This document shows, one piece after another, positions 57,660 to 64,000 of a stretch of 64,000 bases of DNA (the stretch's first letter is position 1; each line of letters begins with the position of its first letter). The notes beneath the pieces are model-generated. The model did no database searches. It was not told the DNA's origin and worked only from the letters and a program-made list of their open reading frames with translations. Position numbers and translations under genes: made by a program. The stretch is from Eledone cirrhosa (Eukaryota). Where the stretch lies: positions 73,408,001 through 73,472,000 of the forward strand of contig OZ024747.1 in NCBI GenBank assembly GCA_964016885.1, given 5' to 3'.

Positions 57660-57990
57660 GATAATGATTATTTCATTACTGGCTGCTAGGAAGAGACATG
57701 AAGGAAAATACCAAAACAGGGACAGTGGGGTTTTACATAAAACATGTAAAGTCACATAGGAAACACACAACAATAACGTTCCACAATAGGGAGAGCAGCA
57801 CCCAGGGGGAACTTAGGGACTCAACAGATCCCAAACCATATTAATATCCAAGAATATTATCTCCAGCTGGCCCTCTCCTCTCGAATCTTTCCAGAATACA
57901 GGTGTATGGTCCATGCAGGTCCGTTCACTCGGGTCGTTCTCTCTACCTTCACCCACCTTTTCATAAATGTACTGAAGAGGGGGACCGCAA
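57660..57990 (-). mobile_element. Possible 3' tip of a LINE
   Basis: GC-richer segment reading FMKRWVKVERTTRVNG on the minus strand, then a UTR-like stretch ending in trinucleotide repeats. No diagnostic motif. Confidence 0.3.
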
Positions 57991-58330
57991 ATATTTCACA
58001 TATTTGAAGAGTTTATCTTGTACTGATAACGTTTTAATATTTTGTTTTGCATACCACATCTAGACTCTGAAGTGGATGGGACGTTAGTTGGAGGTGGAGG
58101 ATACGTTAGTTGCAGGTAGAGGATACGTTAGTTGGAGGATTCCCGTTCGGACGTCACTGTCTATTTCTTTAAAATTATATCTATGATTTGATATGAATGT
58201 TGTTAGGATTTTGTACCCTTTCATTACCATATTTCTAATGAAAGACTATTTAATCAAACTTTAAAATAGAAGTAGGCTATACTAAATGTTATACTGGTAT
58301 AGCACCACTTACGATTCAAACTATATAATA

Positions 58331-58500
58331 ATTGTTTCTACTTTTGGCACAAGGCCAGCAATTATCCCAGTGTATTACTGGTACTTTATTTTATCGACCC
58401 CGTCAGGATGAAAGACAAAGTTAACCTCGGCGAGATTTGAACTCAGACCATAAAGGGACGTAACTATGCTGGTAAGCATGTCCGACCCTCTACCGATAGT
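58331..58500 (-). mobile_element. SINE fragment
   Basis: Closely matches 10651-10768. Confidence 0.7.
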
Positions 58501-59610
58501 GACATATGTCTTAGAGACATGAGCAGTAGCTTAGGCTTATCATAACAACTACATTTCCCTCGTATTTTCATTATCAACTTACTTCACCATATGTTAAAAT
58601 CAGTTTTCTCTTTTTAAGATATATTAAGGAATTAATATATAAAGTTTACGCAACTATTTATGTGTAATAAACTTAAAAGTGGACATAAAGTTTATTTTGT
58701 GCAAGGTTTTTAACCATATTAACTGGAATTAACTAATACATGGTCATAAGATCTCCTGGAATGTTACAACATACCTAGATCAAGAAATACGAAATTAACA
58801 TACATTCTTTGTTTTTTGTGTATCTTTTTCATTCTATGATTTATTCGTTTATTCTTTCTACGAATTATCATTCTTTTCCCATTTATTACTCTACAGCAAT
58901 CGCTTTCTTTTTATTTTCTAATGTTTTTCGTAATTCCAAATTCCAGTCTTTATCTGTTTATCCCTGCTAAACATTTTTATGGCTTTCGTTCGTTCCTTCT
59001 TTTCTCTATCTTTCTTTGTCACTTTCATGTCACTTTCAGCCTACTACTCTTTCACATCAATATTCCGACGTTTAACTTTCTTTATCTTCTTTATTTTTAT
59101 TTATTCATATTTTTAACGCAACTTTCTTATTTCATTATTTATCTTTGTATTCATTATGTCGCCATTAATTTCAGTTTCCATCGCAAACACAGGCAACTCT
59201 GAGATATTATCTAACATACTACATCACTCGAATCCTTAACGTGCGAAGCATCACAGAAATTCTTCACAGTGTTCTTTTTTACTTTAGATGAATTTTCCAT
59301 TCATACATGTTGAATATAAAGATTTAACTGAAGTTACTACTCAGGTTTCCAAACAAATTGTGAGCGCTAAACCTTTGGAATTACATTCTCTTGACACAAG
59401 AAAATGACAGACGAGACAGTTAATCCCACGTAGGCGAGGTAATACCAGTCTCATTCCTCGTCTTAGCAAGAAAATACATACACAGCATTTACCTCTATCT
59501 GTAGCAATATAAATTTGTGCTGTCTCTTTTTCTTATATTACACAATCATTTCCTCATACACAGACATAAGAGGTCTGTTGAAAGCGTATCCATACTTAGG
59601 TTGGGAAACA

Positions 59611-59698
59611 AATACGTCATCCCCATTGGCTCAATACGTCATCCCCATTGGCTCAATACGTCATCCCGATTGGCTCAATACGTCATCCCTATTGGAAG
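59611..59698. repeat. 22-bp tandem repeat x4 containing TGACG and CCAAT motifs
   Basis: Unit aatacgtcatccccattggctc. Confidence 0.85.
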
Positions 59699-60198
59699 TA
59701 GGCCACTTGTGTCATTACACAACGATTACCTCACTGTTGGATGCACGTCTGAATTGATTCCCCCCGGAATGGCTCCCCTGTCACAGTCCGCACAATGTCC
59801 ATCTTTATGTTTGGAAACAACCAGATCAGAACAACGAAATAACATTTTCAAGATAGTAGTTTTAGGGAGGACAAATACATTTATTTAGACAGTTTCAGAT
59901 TGATGCCTGGGCGGCGGTGGAGATGAATGTCTCTCTTTTCTTTCGTAGCGTTTGAGGTTTGAAACGATGTTACGTACAAAGGAGGAACTATCCAGAATAT
60001 TAAGTATATTGGAAATAATATATTGATATGTAATTGAGAGATAAACTTCCAGTTGGTTAGTTTAATGATCAGATGGTTGTTTATTTGTTTATTGTCAACG
60101 TTCCTTCGTCACGCATTCTGTGACCTCAGTCACTAATTTGTTATTTCGTGTCCCTCCTTGTTCTGTACTACACCCTCTTAATTTTGTGTGTCATATAT

Positions 60199-60238
<40 letters not shown>

Positions 60239-60289
60239 AAATAAAATATAATAAATAAGTCAAATGTTTAAAATTTGGCTCCGTTTATT

Positions 60290-60344
60290 ACTGCTATATA
60301 TATTTCGGTGACAGCCATCTTTGGTTGTGACCTCTTCAGGCAGT
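60290..60344 (-). ncRNA. Type I hammerhead ribozyme motif
   Basis: Minus strand actgc-CTGAAGA-ggtcacaacca-aaga-tggctgtcacc-GAAA-tatata-TA-gcagt. Confidence 0.85.
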
Positions 60345-60451
60345 CCGAATTAGTGTGGTAGAGACGAGTACACTTCGTCGAGTGCTCCAGAGTATTGACA
60401 AAGTTAAACACCTCAATAACATATGTACTCGTCTCTACCACACTAATTCGG

Positions 60452-60506
60452 ACTGCCTGAAGAGGTCTCAAACAAAGATGGCTGTCACCGAAATATATAT
60501 AGCAGT
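60452..60506 (+). ncRNA. Type I hammerhead ribozyme motif
   Basis: actgc-CTGAAGA-ggtctcaaacaaagatggctgtcacc-GAAA-tatata-TA-gcagt; perfect stem I. Confidence 0.82.
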
Positions 60507-60649
60507 AATAAACGAAGCCAAATTTTAAACATTTGACTTATTTATTTTATTTTATTTTACATTACTCCGGAGTAACCAAACCAACCTGCGCACTTCGTCG
60601 AGTACTCCAATCTGCATACTGAGGTGTTGGTATACAACCAACATATACT

Positions 60650-60680
<31 letters not shown>

Positions 60681-60683
<3 letters not shown>

Positions 60684-61009
60684 TAAAAGAGAAAACACAG
60701 GTAAGCATTAAGAGAATGATTTTATCCAGGTATTTACGACCGTTTCATTGGTAAGTGCAACCTTATATTGCTATACTGCAAATAGCCGCCACTATATAAG
60801 GTTGCACTTACCAATGAAACGGTCGTAAATACCTGGATAAAATCCTTCTCTTAATGCTTACCTGTGTTTTCTCTTTTATACTTTATACTCCAAGATTGAA
60901 CGGAATTCTTACAAACTTGTGGAGTTACCCCTAACCGTACGTTGAAACCATCCATGAAATGGCTTTCTTAACCCCAAACTGGATCACAATAAGCAATATT
61001 TTACTTCTC

Positions 61010-61015
<6 letters not shown>
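60681..61015 (+). mobile_element. Fold-back element retaining only the 3' half of a hammerhead
   Basis: 60681-60770 is the reverse complement of ~60790-60881. Contains GAAA-cggtcg-TA-aatacctgg but no upstream CUGANGA; TA runs at both ends. Confidence 0.65.
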
Positions 61016-61046
<31 letters not shown>

Positions 61047-61090
61047 TAATAAAAATAATGAATAAAAACAAATCTTATATTAAAAAATTC

Positions 61091-61224
61091 ATCATTTTAC
61101 GATCGTTTCTAGGATATATATGTGTGTGTTGGTATGTATATCATATAGATCTATGTAAAAATTTTACAAACTATCAGAGGGAATATACATACCTACAAAT
61201 ATATATGCTGTCTTCAGAAATAAT
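61091..61224 (-). ncRNA. Type I hammerhead ribozyme motif, diverged relative of 1029-1180
   Basis: Minus strand attattt-CTGAAGA-cagcatatata...tatatatccta-GAAA-cgatcg-TA-aaatgat. Confidence 0.75.
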
Positions 61225-61243
61225 CTATCTATCTATCTATATA

Positions 61244-61334
<91 letters not shown>

Positions 61335-63625
61335 TATATGTATACATGTGTATGTTGAAGTTTCTTCATCGATTTTTGAAAAGCAATGGTTTTATGCAGA
61401 AATGCATCTAAATTATTAACGAATTCTCTATTCAATTTTATTCTTAATCTGTTTTGAAATTATCAATTTGTTCTCGGTATTTAAAAGTAAACGAGATGAA
61501 GTGATGTATATAGTCATGAATTGTATGGAGGTTAAACATGTCGACGTCATTTATAAATACATATACATGAAGCTTTACAGAAACAGATTATCTCAATATC
61601 TTTAAATTCAATCTTCTCGTCGTTAACTAATCATGCGAATTTTATTAGTAACACTTTATTTCTCAACGCTACCTACGTTTCATATATTAATATTTACATT
61701 GACACCAAAGATGTCTTATACTATTTCGTTCTATAATAAGCATGACATTTTACTTCCATGTTTTTTCCATAGATCTAATTAAATACTGTATAATATACGT
61801 TCAAGACATGTGTAGCAGTAAAAGTGACAAAGTGACCATATATGGATGTTTTCCATCTGGGAGTAGTTTTGTCTTCGTTATGGTAGTCTGGTTAAATATT
61901 TTGATAGTCTCGATATCATCTGGAAATGTTGATACCCTCATACGAGGTGCCTTCTATGTAGTCTCATGATATTCTAAAATCAGATAAATCTCTTTCAGAC
62001 CAGATCTTTCTGTCTTAAAAGGGAATGATGTATTAGATAATGAATTTATAAAAAGAAGACTCGAACAAGGCTAAGACCTCTTTGATCATGGGGTTCTATT
62101 AAGTTGGAGATAAGCAATTATATTCTTAATCGCCTTTCTCATTCATCTTCACATGATCGATAAAATAAAATACCAGGTTAGTCTCAGGATACGCTACACC
62201 CTTATATGTGCCTCTTTTAGAAATCAATAATTGTGTCTTTTTTTATTTTCAACTTTGGGTTATATATAGTCAACTAAGCAATTATGGATTAGGTTGGGAA
62301 TTCCCAACCCAAACATACAACCGATGGATTATTTTCAAGTAAATGACAGATGTTCTTGTGCCAAAATACGAAAAATAAAAACAATATATAACACTGCATG
62401 CATTAATTTTACTTTTAACTTCAATTGTGAGAATGCTCGATTAAGAAACGCTGAAACATTAGATGACAGATACGTTTGACAAATATGGCATTCCAGCTTG
62501 AGTTTCGATAGAGAAGAACGCTTGTTTTTAATTAAGCCATACTATCATTAGATTCTTGCAAATTATTTTTTACGTCAGACAGTACAGCTGAATTAATTGG
62601 AAGTTGTTCGGTACAACTTCTACTTTCGTATTTGCTCAATGTCTTCATTAGCGATTTGCATAATGTTCAGGCAAGCAACCCATTATATAAAAAAAATACT
62701 TCCAATAATAGAATACGCTTAACGCAATGAAGCATTCCACTGTTTGAATTATTTGTTTGCTCTTTCCAAATATAGAGCACCACTAATTTTATTGGAATCC
62801 ACTCATGTACAATCTTCTATATAATGCTATGAACCGAAATTTCTCTCTGTTTTCGTAAAAAAGAACTTTCTGTTTATGTAAAGTAGTTTAAGAGTGCCAC
62901 CTTCCCTAATTTAAGATACTTTTTAAATATATTGATTAGTTATCTTTTCGGTATCTACCTATGATATACTTTGTATAATTCCGTAATTTAACGTTTCCCG
63001 AAATGTAATGGATGTTCACATATGATAGTATATATTTTAATTGTAAAATCCGGAAGAATATACTTTTTTACGCGAATGCCTTCCTAGCATGATTTTATCC
63101 CGAGTATCTTACATGAAGGATTCAATATTTATAAGAGTGTGTACGCGGTGAGATACACTTTCTATATATACATCAATATATAGATCTTACGAATTAGTGC
63201 TATAAAACGAATTCCTTGTCAATGGATTTTGGCCCTCATGGGCCTCCAATTTTAAGGTTGTCAAAAATCGTATCACTACTGAGTGTCATCTATTGAGAGG
63301 AGATTAACGCAAATAATAGTCAAACGATCAAATCTCTTCACAGTATTTGCTCTATTTAACAGTATTTAATCCAAAAGCTGACGGTCTTTACATTTCTTGT
63401 CTGCTTTATGTTTCTGAGAAAATTCCCGAATTAGTGACTGGCGTAAATAAAACCACCGAAACTGCAGTATGATCAGATTCAATAAAAGACAAGTGCTGCT
63501 CTCCCTCAGGAAATATTTCTATGTTAGTTCAGTACATAATTTACGGAGAAATATTAAGTAAAAATGATGTTATTGAACCCCCCCCCCCCCACACACATAT
63601 ATATATTTACATCTCTCTCTCTCTC

Positions 63626-63706
<81 letters not shown>

Positions 63707-64000
63707 GTGCGTGTGTGTGTGCGAGAGAGAGTATGTGTGTATGGTTGAGTCAATTAGCTGAACAATGTATATATTTGATTTTGATGCAGCAATAGTAGGA
63801 AGAAGACGGTGTGTGAGGGAGGGTGGGGGTAGAAACAAAATTATTTTTTATATGAATGTTTAAACATATCAAACACATACCGAACGTAAAATATTGTATA
63901 CACATACAGAAGTACTAGTACAAATATACACATAAACGCACATACATTCTATACTACGTTCATAGAACTTAGCACTGTCATTGTAAGGTTTCTTGTGTCT

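Larger units (their letters stand above)
60233..60652 (+). mobile_element. Fold-back non-autonomous hammerhead element in (TA)n
   Basis: 60233-60371 is the reverse complement of ~60425-60560, followed by a ~90-bp tail and TA runs at both ends. Confidence 0.8.

Noticed and set aside
58078-58138. 22-bp x3 repeat (ggatacgttagttggagg)
   Set aside because: Short ordinary tandem repeat with no further signal.

Overview
AT-rich, microsatellite-saturated eukaryotic DNA, probably cephalopod/Octopus-like (inferred from repeat content only). No host gene is confidently identifiable, and nearly all short ORFs in the track are microsatellite artefacts. The window is packed with retroelements: a near-complete Naiad-type Penelope-like element (RT + GIY-YIG, with direct and inverted pLTRs), a second 5'-truncated Naiad, a full-length CR1/L2-group LINE, two RTE LINE fragments, two R4/Dong-type LINEs, SINEs and mariner-type MITEs. 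The main hidden signal is RNA structure. By eye I count 17 type I hammerhead ribozyme motifs (CUGANGA...GAAA-palindrome-UH; one degenerate) from several sequence families. Five lie in a near-perfect non-coding 554-bp tandem array (50567-53370) that looks like a retrozyme. The rest sit in Penelope pLTRs or in short, sometimes fold-back, elements that end in (TA)n tracts. A ~290-bp unit containing a tRNA-like gene, in tandem-plus-inverted arrangement (22261-23100), shares this architecture. All folds were paired manually, not computed.
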